From IMG/VR virus record IMGVR_UViG_3300020057_000017, positions 1 to 34,405 of that record: 34,405 bases of DNA. One strand, given 5' to 3'. Within the stretch, counting starts at the first letter, position 1, and each line of letters begins with the position of its first letter. The DNA comes from a virus (taxonomy: Duplodnaviria; Caudoviricetes). Below the pieces are notes generated by a model. The model ran no database searches, had not been told where the DNA came from, and worked only from the letters and a program-made list of their open reading frames with translations. The translations under genes were made by a program, and so were the position numbers. Positions 19,051 through 27,625 of this stretch are shown here, piece after piece.

Positions 19051-21060
19051 TTATTGGCCCATCTCTGGTGCCTGTGTAACCATCGCATCCTGAGGAGCTA
19101 CCTCTTGACTGGTATCCGCTGGTATAATTCCTAATTGTGCTTTCATTTGTTCATTCTCTGCGGCCAGTTGCTGAAGCATGGCGGCCTGTTGATCATTCGC
19201 TTCCATCTCTTCCAAGATTTTCTTTTTATAAGGAATGCCTGGTGCAATAGTGATAAAAGTTTTCGGCGTGATCATGCCTTTTTCAACAAATGCCTCTAGT
19301 ACTCCAAAAATTGCTTCCTTGTCTGTCCCTGCTAGTGTTCCTGGTACAACCCGGATTGAATAATCTAGGTCTTTAATTTCTTCAGGGTTAAAAATAACTT
19401 CTTTGATTTCGCCAGTAGTTGAGTCGGTAATTCTCATCATCTTTTCTGCTGGCCAGTATTTAACAATTCTTGAAGCGGTTAACTTGCCAAGTCTCGGCAT
19501 AGAATAAAGTGCTATCTGAGTGGCCTTAAGCCTAACTCTACCATTGGTAGTTTGTTGTAGTGCCGCAATAGCTTTTGCGGCCGTGACTCCACCCGGTTGC
19601 TGCCCTTGGGAAGCAGCGTTCACACCAGTGATATCATTCATCGCCATCTGGTCGTTTTGCTTTCTCATGCTTAACTGTGGAGATGTTTGGCCAGGTTCAT
19701 TTCTTTCAAAACGAGAACCAGGATTAGTCACATAAACTTTTCCGCGCTTATTTGAGATTTCTGAAGGCTTGACTCCGCAATCTGAGCCAATGATATAACC
19801 CCCGTTAGAGGTTAAATGGAGTGATTCATACTCGGCATTGTCCATTTCATTATAAGATTTTTGACTTGAGAGAATGTTTTTAATTTCGCCAAATGCCCAA
19901 ATAGAATCTTCTTCCTTGTAAGCATAATATGGAACAAGAGGAACCATTCCATCATCAACCGGAGCAGATCCATCATATAAAATCGTTCCGCCTGTTTTCA
20001 TCACAAGGCGAAGAGATGAGTTGAATTTAGGTTTTTGATTGTCAGGGTTGATTTCCTGGTATTGAGCGTGGATGCGGTTATGGTCATCAATCAACATCAA
20101 GACCATGCCGATTTCTGGATCGTTCGCTTTGAGATTTTCTATATCTTGTTCGGTAACATCTTGAGGCAAAAGACCCAATGCCTCTGCGACAATAGAAGCT
20201 TTTTGAGCACCGTGAGCGGCCATATGATTCTCGTGATGTTCATAGCGGCCTATGTCTGGATTTATGCCCTGGAAGAATTCGTTAGTTTCTTTTTCAATTT
20301 CGGCGATGGTGTCCTCTTCGGGAATATCTGTCATTGTGTAATCTCTAAGCCATGCCTCTTCGAGAATTGCCATGTCATTTATCTTGTATCTGTCCATATC
20401 GCCTGAGTACGTGCGACCTAATGAATCACGATCCTCACGGCCCTTGTTGTCCTGGCCGCTTGATTCTTGCTCAGAATTATTAGGTGTTATCTTGTCTTTA
20501 AAGTTTGGAAATCTTCTTTTAAGTTCCGCTGTTCTAACTGGAAACTTGATCCCGACAAATGCTGCCTCATCAATATCCGAGGCCGCTGGATCAAGGAAAA
20601 CATGTCTCCACGGAATATTTTTAATGAGAACGGTGCCCTCACCATTTTCGCCGTTAGGATCAAAATCAACGTACTGAAATCCGTTTCCAGTCTTAAGCAT
20701 CGAACGAATAGTCATGACTTGCTTAAGCTGCAAGTTTTGTTGTTCATATACGTAATGGATCGCGTTTTCTAATACTTTTGCTGCCTCATCTTTTTCAGGA
20801 CGAGAAGCAAGCACATCTGTGCCAGGCATAGAATCTGTAAGAATAGACATTTCTTGTTCTATCAAAGGGAAAATTAGATTCTTGAATGTCTTATTAGAAT
20901 CTTTCCAGTGCTTATTGGCATAGAAGTCTTCACACTCTTCCCATTCAGGCTCAAAGCTCTTTCGGTAATTACTGGCTTCTTCGAAATGCTTATTAATAAG
21001 CTTAACGGTCTCAGCATCCGATTTTAGGTTATCAACTTCTTTTGAATTATTATCTTCCAA
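19051..21060 (-). CDS. Portal protein
   Basis: 669 aa; W....DFY..KHW, G.GF..V, VFLDP.A, NDITGVN.ASQG, TAA.AI; TTG start. Confidence 0.92.
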   Translation of the reverse strand: MEDNNSKEVDNLKSDAETVKLINKHFEEASNYRKSFEPEWEECEDFYANKHWKDSNKTFKNLIFPLIEQEMSILTDSMPGTDVLASRPEKDEAAKVLENAIHYVYEQQNLQLKQVMTIRSMLKTGNGFQYVDFDPNGENGEGTVLIKNIPWRHVFLDPAASDIDEAAFVGIKFPVRTAELKRRFPNFKDKITPNNSEQESSGQDNKGREDRDSLGRTYSGDMDRYKINDMAILEEAWLRDYTMTDIPEEDTIAEIEKETNEFFQGINPDIGRYEHHENHMAAHGAQKASIVAEALGLLPQDVTEQDIENLKANDPEIGMVLMLIDDHNRIHAQYQEINPDNQKPKFNSSLRLVMKTGGTILYDGSAPVDDGMVPLVPYYAYKEEDSIWAFGEIKNILSSQKSYNEMDNAEYESLHLTSNGGYIIGSDCGVKPSEISNKRGKVYVTNPGSRFERNEPGQTSPQLSMRKQNDQMAMNDITGVNAASQGQQPGGVTAAKAIAALQQTTNGRVRLKATQIALYSMPRLGKLTASRIVKYWPAEKMMRITDSTTGEIKEVIFNPEEIKDLDYSIRVVPGTLAGTDKEAIFGVLEAFVEKGMITPKTFITIAPGIPYKKKILEEMEANDQQAAMLQQLAAENEQMKAQLGIIPADTSQEVAPQDAMVTQAPEMGQ

Positions 21061-21194
21061 AAAACCAACCTTAGATCATGGTTTGTATGCGTATGCTGAA
21101 AGATTAAAGTAATAAAGTGCGTGATCATAGAGCGGCTACGCCCTGCCAAAGTTGAGCGAGATTAATCACTGTGTGGATTGCTATCTTTTAAAGC

Positions 21195-21620
21195 ATGAAA
21201 ACATTCCGATACGTATTTTCCGACGGCCATGTACTTGAACTCGAGCCAACCACCTCGGGTAAGGAGATACTTGCTCGATACTGCCTAGATAATGACGTGA
21301 GATTGATTTACAACGGTTTCCAAGAATTTATGGGAGTTGGGCAAAGGTCAACCATGGGAATAATTGGCGGATCTAATACCCGCGGTGATGGTTTTAAGAC
21401 TGGTTTTAATCCTGCCTTGGGCATGGAGATTAAAAGCCCTCAGCATTACAAAGATGTTTTAAAAGAGAAAGGTATGTATGAAGTCGGCAATGAAAAGCAA
21501 GTAAGTCTAGGCCCAAAAAAGAAAAGCATGATTGATGATGAAGTTATAAAAGAAGTAGTGCAAATGGGTGGGGAGATTTCTGGTAATGAGGCGTCAATGC
21601 TCAAGGGTGAAATCGCTTAA
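21195..21620 (+). CDS. Hypothetical protein, antisense to the morphogenesis operon
   Basis: 141-aa ORF with no competing ORF; FNPALGMEIKS..HY...LKEKG..EVGNE resembles small portal-linked phage proteins (recalled, not searched). Confidence 0.8.
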   Translation: MKTFRYVFSDGHVLELEPTTSGKEILARYCLDNDVRLIYNGFQEFMGVGQRSTMGIIGGSNTRGDGFKTGFNPALGMEIKSPQHYKDVLKEKGMYEVGNEKQVSLGPKKKSMIDDEVIKEVVQMGGEISGNEASMLKGEIA

Positions 21621-21769
21621 TCAAAATAACTTTCGACCTCGCCTCTTAAGATTCTCATTTCGTCAAGAGATGGATCATAAACCGAATGACTTTCACAGAT
21701 TGCTAGTGGGACATCGATATGATTTATTGGTTTAAAGTATAAATATAAATAACGAAAGAATTTAATCAA
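21617..21769 (-). CDS. 50-aa protein ending in ESYFD (TerL C-terminal mimic)
   Basis: TTG overlapping terL end, GAGGAG RBS; MIKFFRYLYLYFKPINHIDVPLAICESHSVYDPSLDEMRILRGEVESYFD. Confidence 0.7.
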   Translation of the reverse strand: MIKFFRYLYLYFKPINHIDVPLAICESHSVYDPSLDEMRILRGEVESYFD

Positions 21770-23429
21770 AGTAGCTCTCTCCTCGTTCATCGCTATTAAA
21801 ATTAAGCATCTCTTCGATGGTTTTAAAATCTCGATTCTTTTTAGTGTTCACGGTGTCAAACGATCCAGACCGACCTTCAGTGACTTGCTTTACCGCTTGA
21901 AGTGCTACACAGTACGAAACAACCCGATCTTTCCCATTGAGTTCAACCGATCCATCAGGATTAAGTGTCAGTGTTGCCATTTCTTGCAAAAGATCAATGT
22001 CATTAATCTTGGTCATTCCATCTCGATATGCGGCAACAAACTCATCAAGCATCAAAATCTTAGTTTTAACATTAGTCCGCCACCCGGCCTTGTCGGTTAA
22101 CTCTCCAGTGCGCTCATCTAATATTTCTCTCATGTACAGGGACGGGTAAAAAGCTTTCATGATATGGGTCAAGGTAGTCAAACCGTGATTATTAACTTCC
22201 GGTGCCAACATGGCATCATTGTATAATTTTCCGGCCTTCAACATCTCTGCCCCAAAAGTATCAGGGTGAAGATGCCCATGAAAACTCACTACTTGCTCCA
22301 GCTCTTTGTTTAAGATTGTCATGGTCGAATAGTCACCCGTCTCAAGTCCTTCGGCAACATCGGCCCCGATAGCGTATCTTTTCTTTTCGTCAGGTGTTTT
22401 ATAAATCTTATAAAATCCCTTAGGACTAGGCACAGTGACACCATTAATAATATCAACCCGATCAAACGTAATGTTACGCGCCATATGAATATCTGAATTT
22501 ATTCGCTCTTGGTTAAATACTGGCCGACCTGATGAAATAAACGCTTCAGAAATAGTTAGCGGATACTCTTGCTTGAACTGATCTTCAGGGGCCATCAATG
22601 TTTTCCCCATCTCGTTTTCGATCTTATATCTACGCCAAGCCAGTTTTCTGAGTGTTAATTCTGGATGAAGCTTAACCATGTCATGTTCATGCTCTGACAT
22701 AATAAAGCATTCCGGAGGGTTGATTTCGTACTCAGTATTTTCAGTCCATTTAAAAAAGATCAGCTTAAATACTGACTTACCGCTCTGGGCGTCCATGCAT
22801 CTTTCATAGAATTCCTGGCCATTTCCGGCCACGCCGTTAGCTGTTGACTCAATAATTATAGAGGTGCCTGGTTCATAGGGTACAGCCTGGAATAGCCCTC
22901 CGATGACAGTGGATGCGTTTTTCCAAAATGCCAACTCTGAGCAATGAAGATGCTGAATACTTCCACCTCGCCCTGCCGTGAGGTTATTAGCAGTCTCTAC
23001 TTCAAGTCCAGACATTAGACCTGGATTCTCTTCTCGGTCATTCTCATCTGGGTTTTCAAATTTAAGTTCTTTTTTATTCGAGAACCGCTTCATAGGCTTC
23101 ATTTTCTTGGGTAAGAAATCATAGAAGCGTTTACACATATTAAAAAGCTTAGTGGTTGAGTCTTCATCGTGGGCAATCACCACTGAGTTTCTATAGGGAT
23201 TTGTAACGGTCTGATGAAAGTTATAAGCACCGCCCCAAGTTGACCCACCAATTTGGCGACACTTAAGTACAATTATGCGAACAGGTTTCCCGTCCCTTTC
23301 TTCTGACTGCGCTATCCTGGTCAGTTCTTTTTGGTATGAATTAAACTTTAATGGCGAGAAAGTGGACTTCTTAGTAATAACCCTTAGAAGCTTTTCGGCG
23401 TAGAAATTTAGGTCAAAAATCTCGATCAT
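21762..23429 (-). CDS. terL: Terminase large subunit
   Basis: Walker A KCRQIGGST, Walker B LHCSE, ESTANG coupling motif, IGADVAEG...DYS nuclease. Confidence 0.96.
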   Translation of the reverse strand: MIEIFDLNFYAEKLLRVITKKSTFSPLKFNSYQKELTRIAQSEERDGKPVRIIVLKCRQIGGSTWGGAYNFHQTVTNPYRNSVVIAHDEDSTTKLFNMCKRFYDFLPKKMKPMKRFSNKKELKFENPDENDREENPGLMSGLEVETANNLTAGRGGSIQHLHCSELAFWKNASTVIGGLFQAVPYEPGTSIIIESTANGVAGNGQEFYERCMDAQSGKSVFKLIFFKWTENTEYEINPPECFIMSEHEHDMVKLHPELTLRKLAWRRYKIENEMGKTLMAPEDQFKQEYPLTISEAFISSGRPVFNQERINSDIHMARNITFDRVDIINGVTVPSPKGFYKIYKTPDEKKRYAIGADVAEGLETGDYSTMTILNKELEQVVSFHGHLHPDTFGAEMLKAGKLYNDAMLAPEVNNHGLTTLTHIMKAFYPSLYMREILDERTGELTDKAGWRTNVKTKILMLDEFVAAYRDGMTKINDIDLLQEMATLTLNPDGSVELNGKDRVVSYCVALQAVKQVTEGRSGSFDTVNTKKNRDFKTIEEMLNFNSDERGESYFD

Positions 23430-23830
23430 TCAGAATATTCCATGGCCTTTAAATTCGCCATAAAAGCTTCGTAAGTTTCAAGCGTTGCACCGTCTTTGCC
23501 TGTCACCTCAACAGCCTTACCTTTATGCTCAACCCTTTCTGACTGGCCTAGATAACACTTACCCAACCATTTAAGCATCTCCGCATGGCCCGACATGGCC
23601 ACCTCATATTGTTTTCTAGCGAGATTAAAGCGGAGACCTTGTCTAGCTATTTTCTCCCTATACACCGCAAATCCGAAACCATATTTTTCATTAAGTCTTC
23701 TATCTAATGTGTCCGCGCTTATTCCAAGTTTTTTAGCGCAAGATTCTAACTCACCAAAAACTGCAAGTGATTCTAATTGATCCCAACCGTCGAATTGCAT
23801 TTCTTCTAATTTGATTTTAGGCTTTGCCAT
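23426..23830 (-). CDS. terS: Terminase small subunit
   Basis: HTH (CAKKLGISADTLDRR), ML.WLGK.YLGQ, EVTGKDG; ATGA-coupled to terL. Confidence 0.88.
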   Translation of the reverse strand: MAKPKIKLEEMQFDGWDQLESLAVFGELESCAKKLGISADTLDRRLNEKYGFGFAVYREKIARQGLRFNLARKQYEVAMSGHAEMLKWLGKCYLGQSERVEHKGKAVEVTGKDGATLETYEAFMANLKAMEYSE

Positions 23831-24885
23831 TACTTCCCTTTAAACCATTGTTCATAAACATGCTTGGCCACTCCATAAGTCATTAAAGGTGGGACACTCA
23901 TTCCGATCATGTATTTTGCAATGTCTTTTTTCTTTTTGTTAAAAATATAATCAAGAGGGTATGAGCCAATTAAAGATGCTTCATGATTAGATATTGTTCT
24001 TGGTTCGAGCCAGTGCAAAACTCCGCAATTTGCTGCTATAGTCGGGCTAGGCTCATTACTTCTGGGGACTACTGTATTAAACATTGATCTTTTCCCAAAC
24101 AGTGCCGTGTGTGCTTTCCCTCCGCATATTTCATTTTTAGATTTGCACCACTTAAATATTTGTGCTTGCTTTACAGATAAAGCACTCGACCCATCTTTGC
24201 CTCCGCGTGGTAAGCTAGATAAGCTTATTGCTTTTTGATAAAACCCAAGCTTTAAATCAGGCAAATTTAAATCTTTTCTTTTACCTATAAAGAAAACTCT
24301 TTCTCTTTTTTGAGGGACTCCCATTGATGCAGCATTTAATAAAAATAATTGAACATCATATCCAATAGTATTAAATAAGCCGATGATTTGCTTTACATAC
24401 CCTTTAGCATTTCCATGAAGCATACCTTTTACATTCTCTGCAATAATAACTTTTGGCCGTAACTTCCTTCCAAGCTCTATAAAGTCAAAAAATAAATCAT
24501 CTAGTGTTTGAAGTGCTTGACCCTCTCTAAATTGCTTTTTTTTACCCCAGCCTTTCTCTCTTGACCCTGCCATTGAAAAGCTTGAACATGGAGGAGACCC
24601 ATCTAATATGTCTAAATCGTAAAGCTCTTTAGGTAAGTCTTCCCTGAGTTTAAATTTTCTAATGTCTTCTAGGAAGTAGTGTTTGGGTTTGTGATTTGTT
24701 TGATAATGCCAGGCCATCTCTGGATCAATATCATTTGCTCCTATAACGTCAAACCCTGCAAGCTTGTAGCCCATGGTTAAGCCACCGCCACATGCAAAAC
24801 ATGAAAATACTTTTAGACCGTTCTTTTTAACTTTATCTAAGTCTGTTAGGTTCCATTTATAAGATGGCTTATATTCTTCATTCAT
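23830..24885 (-). CDS. C5 cytosine DNA methyltransferase
   Basis: FACGGG, GSPPC, ENVKG, PQKRERVFF, IGMSVPP motifs. Confidence 0.95.
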   Translation of the reverse strand: MNEEYKPSYKWNLTDLDKVKKNGLKVFSCFACGGGLTMGYKLAGFDVIGANDIDPEMAWHYQTNHKPKHYFLEDIRKFKLREDLPKELYDLDILDGSPPCSSFSMAGSREKGWGKKKQFREGQALQTLDDLFFDFIELGRKLRPKVIIAENVKGMLHGNAKGYVKQIIGLFNTIGYDVQLFLLNAASMGVPQKRERVFFIGKRKDLNLPDLKLGFYQKAISLSSLPRGGKDGSSALSVKQAQIFKWCKSKNEICGGKAHTALFGKRSMFNTVVPRSNEPSPTIAANCGVLHWLEPRTISNHEASLIGSYPLDYIFNKKKKDIAKYMIGMSVPPLMTYGVAKHVYEQWFKGK

Positions 24886-25390
24886 TAAATTCAAACCCGC
24901 ATTTAGGACATTGATGCTCTAGATCATTGCCAAAATTTTCAGTATCAATTTCTTTGTTTTTGTCTGAAAACTCTGAGTCAAATTTTTCAATCGGCTCTAT
25001 CACGAAATCTTTAATCCCTAAAAGATCAATGTCAAACTCAGGCCCAAGATCAAGCATATCCATATTAATATCTGCAAGCTGTAATTCTGCCCACGATGAA
25101 ATAGCGTTATCCGCTACAATGTCGGCATACTCCTGGGCTTCATCGTCATAATCCTGGTAATCAATTGCGCCTGTCTTCCATTTTAAAAGCTTAAGTGCCT
25201 CAAGCCTTCCATGCCCCTTGGTGATAAATCCTGATCGATTAGAGACTACAATCGGTGCCCTTTGCCCCTGGTAATCAATAATCTTTGCCAGTCTTTCGAT
25301 CTGCTCTTTTGGGTGCTTATTTGGATTCTTAGGATGAGGTACAAGCTTATGAAGCTCGACCAGTTTTGTGTGAGCGCAATTAATTTTCAC
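24878..25390 (-). CDS. ParB/Srx N-terminal-domain protein with C-terminal zinc ribbon
   Basis: L.PHPKNPNKH, PIVV, GHGRLEA, ADN; CPKCGFEF. Confidence 0.9.
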   Translation of the reverse strand: MKINCAHTKLVELHKLVPHPKNPNKHPKEQIERLAKIIDYQGQRAPIVVSNRSGFITKGHGRLEALKLLKWKTGAIDYQDYDDEAQEYADIVADNAISSWAELQLADINMDMLDLGPEFDIDLLGIKDFVIEPIEKFDSEFSDKNKEIDTENFGNDLEHQCPKCGFEFNE

Positions 25391-25810
25391 TTAAAACCCT
25401 TTTTCATTACTATCCTGGCACCTGTTACGTGCCTCTATTCGCTCCAAAATTCTCTCAACTTGGACCAACTTATTTTTAATTGAATCTAAAATGATAACTA
25501 TATTTTTAAGCGTATCCGAGTCATGATTTTTAGTGTTTTTCACCCTGCTAACAACGGGCCTCTTTCTATTCTTGGCCGCTGCCATCATTGCCCCGTGCTC
25601 CACCTCTAGCTCTATGTCTTCTTTTAAATCATTAAGCGAGTCTCTAGTATGGCCATCCATTGTCTTTAACAATAGTTCATTTATTTTAGAGAAAAATATT
25701 TCCTGGACAAATGGATCACTAATTAGTGCATAGGTGCCATTGAAGATTTCTCGTATATGATGCGCTTCCGTTGATCTTTCAATAAATTTGAGCCATCCCT
25801 GATTATTCAT
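25391..25810 (-). CDS. Hypothetical protein
   Basis: ATGA-coupled, abuts next gene. Confidence 0.75.
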   Translation of the reverse strand: MNNQGWLKFIERSTEAHHIREIFNGTYALISDPFVQEIFFSKINELLLKTMDGHTRDSLNDLKEDIELEVEHGAMMAAAKNRKRPVVSRVKNTKNHDSDTLKNIVIILDSIKNKLVQVERILERIEARNRCQDSNEKGF

Positions 25811-26151
25811 AACCCTAGCTCTGTTTTAACATCATCGATAGATGTAGCGTAAAAAGCTATACCGCCCTTATCTTTAACTGTCTGAATGAAATGGTTTTGA
25901 TCTTCGGTTCTGACTTTGTTTTTTGGCGTTTTTACTTCAATTGCTAAAAATTTGCCCTGGTACACTCCGAGGATATCGCTCACGCCGTTTATTGCATACT
26001 TGCTTTTCTGTTTTCTAAAGGTATTGGTTTTGGGGTTGAAGTAGCCTCCAGTAACATTTTTCCAGGCAAAAATACCACAAAATTCAAGATATTGAAGTAT
26101 TGAACTTTCAATGTCTTTTTCTAATACCGGAACTTTTTTAATTAACCCCAT
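25807..26151 (-). CDS. VRR-NUC (PD-(D/E)XK) nuclease / resolvase
   Basis: EKDIE, GVSDILG, FLAIEVKT, Q..F motifs. Confidence 0.9.
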   Translation of the reverse strand: MGLIKKVPVLEKDIESSILQYLEFCGIFAWKNVTGGYFNPKTNTFRKQKSKYAINGVSDILGVYQGKFLAIEVKTPKNKVRTEDQNHFIQTVKDKGGIAFYATSIDDVKTELGL

Positions 26152-26157
26152 GAATAA

Positions 26158-26186
26158 ATTATATTCACAGGGTTTAGACTTTCTAG
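26158..26186 (-). promoter_or_regulatory. Putative sigma70 promoter for a leaderless late transcript
   Basis: TATAAT (26163-26158) 6 nt before ATG 26151; no RBS; weak -35 TAGAAA. Confidence 0.55.
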
Positions 26187-26207
26187 ACTGGCTTCAATTG
26201 CGCGAAG

Positions 26208-26375
26208 TTAATTCTCGAGATTTACTTTTTTCTGTATCACTTCTAGGCCTTTTGAAAAATTACCTTCGCCATGAAAAAGGTAGAAAGCTTTCACCTCTGG
26301 CGATATGTAAACCATTCTCTTCTCTTTTTCGCTAGGTGTTTGCCTTGGTCTTCCGACTGGTTTTTTACTCTTCAT
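26208..26375 (-). CDS. 55-aa ribbon-helix-helix-like DNA-binding protein
   Basis: MKSKKPVGRPRQTPSEKEKRMVYISPEVKAFYLFHGEGNFSKGLEVIQKKVNLEN; overlaps upstream stop. Confidence 0.7.
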   Translation of the reverse strand: MKSKKPVGRPRQTPSEKEKRMVYISPEVKAFYLFHGEGNFSKGLEVIQKKVNLEN

Positions 26376-26601
26376 CTTCATCTAATACCTCAACATCGAA
26401 ATGATTATCATTTAACTCCAAATACTCTATTCTCTTGCTCTTTGTGTGACTTGCTGACATTTCTACACCTATAGTAGATCCACTATCTTTTTTTTCTTCC
26501 AACTCGTTAACCCACGGATGGGTTTTGCAGTTAAAAGTCTTTTCTTCTAACGTCTTCTTGATAAATAGTAAGCCAAGACTGTTAACTTTAAATATTTTCA
26601 T
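26365..26601 (-). CDS. Hypothetical protein
   Basis: AGGGGA RBS; acidic C-terminus. Confidence 0.75.
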   Translation of the reverse strand: MKIFKVNSLGLLFIKKTLEEKTFNCKTHPWVNELEEKKDSGSTIGVEMSASHTKSKRIEYLELNDNHFDVEVLDEDEE

Positions 26602-26638
26602 TTATTCCCCTGTGTCCATTTCATTAAATTACTCACTT
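26593..26638 (-). pseudogene. Deletion remnant of the 33232-33498 gene (head fused to tail)
   Basis: 26593-26627 is 34/35 identical (inverted) to 33473-33507; 26626-26638 matches 33230-33242. Confidence 0.75.
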
Positions 26639-26648
26639 TTACCCACCC

Positions 26649-27410
26649 TTAATCCCAAACAACTGTTCTAGATGGAATTTTAATTAATTCTTTATTCATG
26701 AATTCTTCCAGCCATTCCTTAATTACCATTGATATTGAATTATTGTCAGGAGTATCGCCTTCATTAATTGCCAGAAAAAACCTTTCAGTTGGAGAATCTG
26801 GGTCAAGGGTTATTCCAGTTTCATTTTTATTTACCCCCATGTTGTTTGCTATAGTTCCTACAAAGCAAGCACACTCACTCTCATAAGATGAACCGTCTAT
26901 CTTTCCATCTATAACAGCTTTATATAGGCCAGGAACTTCCAGCTTAAGGATTAAAAGCTTTGAAATGAAATCTTCTTTTATTAACCTCATGTCCGCGGAG
27001 GCTAGGTCCGCAAACCTGAGGTCCGCAGAGCTTAGGTTTGCAGAGGTTAGGTCCGCAAACCTTAGGTTTGCGGAGCTCAGGTCTGCAAAGCTTAGGTTTG
27101 CAGAGCTTAGGTCCGCAGAGCTCAGGTCCGCAAACCTGAGGTCCGCAGAGCTTAGGTCCGCAGAGGTTAGGTCCGCAAAGCTCAGGTCTGCAGAGTGTAG
27201 GTTTGCAGAGGTTAGGTCCGCAAAGCTTAGTTTTGCATGGCTCAGGTCCGCAAAGCTTAGGTTTGCATGGCTCAGGTCCGCAGAGCGTAGGTTCGCATAA
27301 CTCAGGTCCGCAGAGCGTAGGTTAGCTCTTTTACCGAGATTATTATCCTCAAGCCACAATGTATGTAATTTTAAAACTTCTTTCAATTCTTCAGCAGTAA
27401 AAGTTTTCAT
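26649..27410 (-). CDS. Pentapeptide-repeat protein with C-terminal domain
   Basis: About 23 A(D/N)Lxx repeats; C-terminal G.IDGS.YE.ECAC.VGT domain; AAGGGGA RBS. Confidence 0.93.
   Translation of the reverse strand: MKTFTAEELKEVLKLHTLWLEDNNLGKRANLRSADLSYANLRSADLSHANLSFADLSHAKLSFADLTSANLHSADLSFADLTSADLSSADLRFADLSSADLSSANLSFADLSSANLRFADLTSANLSSADLRFADLASADMRLIKEDFISKLLILKLEVPGLYKAVIDGKIDGSSYESECACFVGTIANNMGVNKNETGITLDPDSPTERFFLAINEGDTPDNNSISMVIKEWLEEFMNKELIKIPSRTVVWD
26985..27325. repeat. Degenerate 15-bp tandem repeat encoding pentapeptides
   Basis: Units such as cttaggtccgcagag / cttaggtttgcagag. Confidence 0.95.
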
Positions 27411-27430
27411 TTTATTCCCCTTTGTTTGTT

Positions 27431-27471
27431 TCTATAATTATATTATAGACTATAATTAAATAATAGGTAAA
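27431..27471 (-). promoter_or_regulatory. Leftward promoter with overlapping operator-like repeats
   Basis: TTTACC-18-TATAAT; inverted repeat tctataat-3-attataga; direct repeat ctataatta x2. Confidence 0.6.
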
Positions 27472-27590
27472 CTATTTAAGAAATAATCGGGATTTCTTTT
27501 AATATTAAGCCATTACAAGGATTTAAAAAGCATAGTATGGCCGTAATTATTGTAACAATTACACGTTTTAACTATAGCCTACCATTTTGC

Positions 27591-27619
27591 TTCCATTTTA
27601 TATTGTCCTGTGCTACCAT
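27591..27619 (+). promoter_or_regulatory. Rightward extended -10 promoter (leaderless)
   Basis: TG-c-TACCAT 6 nt before ATG 27626; TTCCAT at 17-nt spacing. Confidence 0.5.
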
Positions 27620-27625
27620 GAACTT

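Noticed and set aside
5541-20772. Many plus-strand ORFs within the structural block
   Set aside because: Antisense shadows of long minus-strand genes; no recognisable motifs
21061-21620. Invertible phase-variation segment
   Set aside because: No flanking inverted repeats seen and no recombinase recognised
21748-21760. 13-bp inverted match to 32665-32677
   Set aside because: AT-rich 13-mers are expected by chance in 34 kb
24878-25390. Plasmid-prophage partition system
   Set aside because: Only the ParB N-terminal domain, no ParA; context is the methyltransferase-terminase cassette
26985-27325. CRISPR array or DGR template/variable repeat
   Set aside because: Contiguous 15-bp coding units with no spacers; no cas or reverse transcriptase gene in the genome
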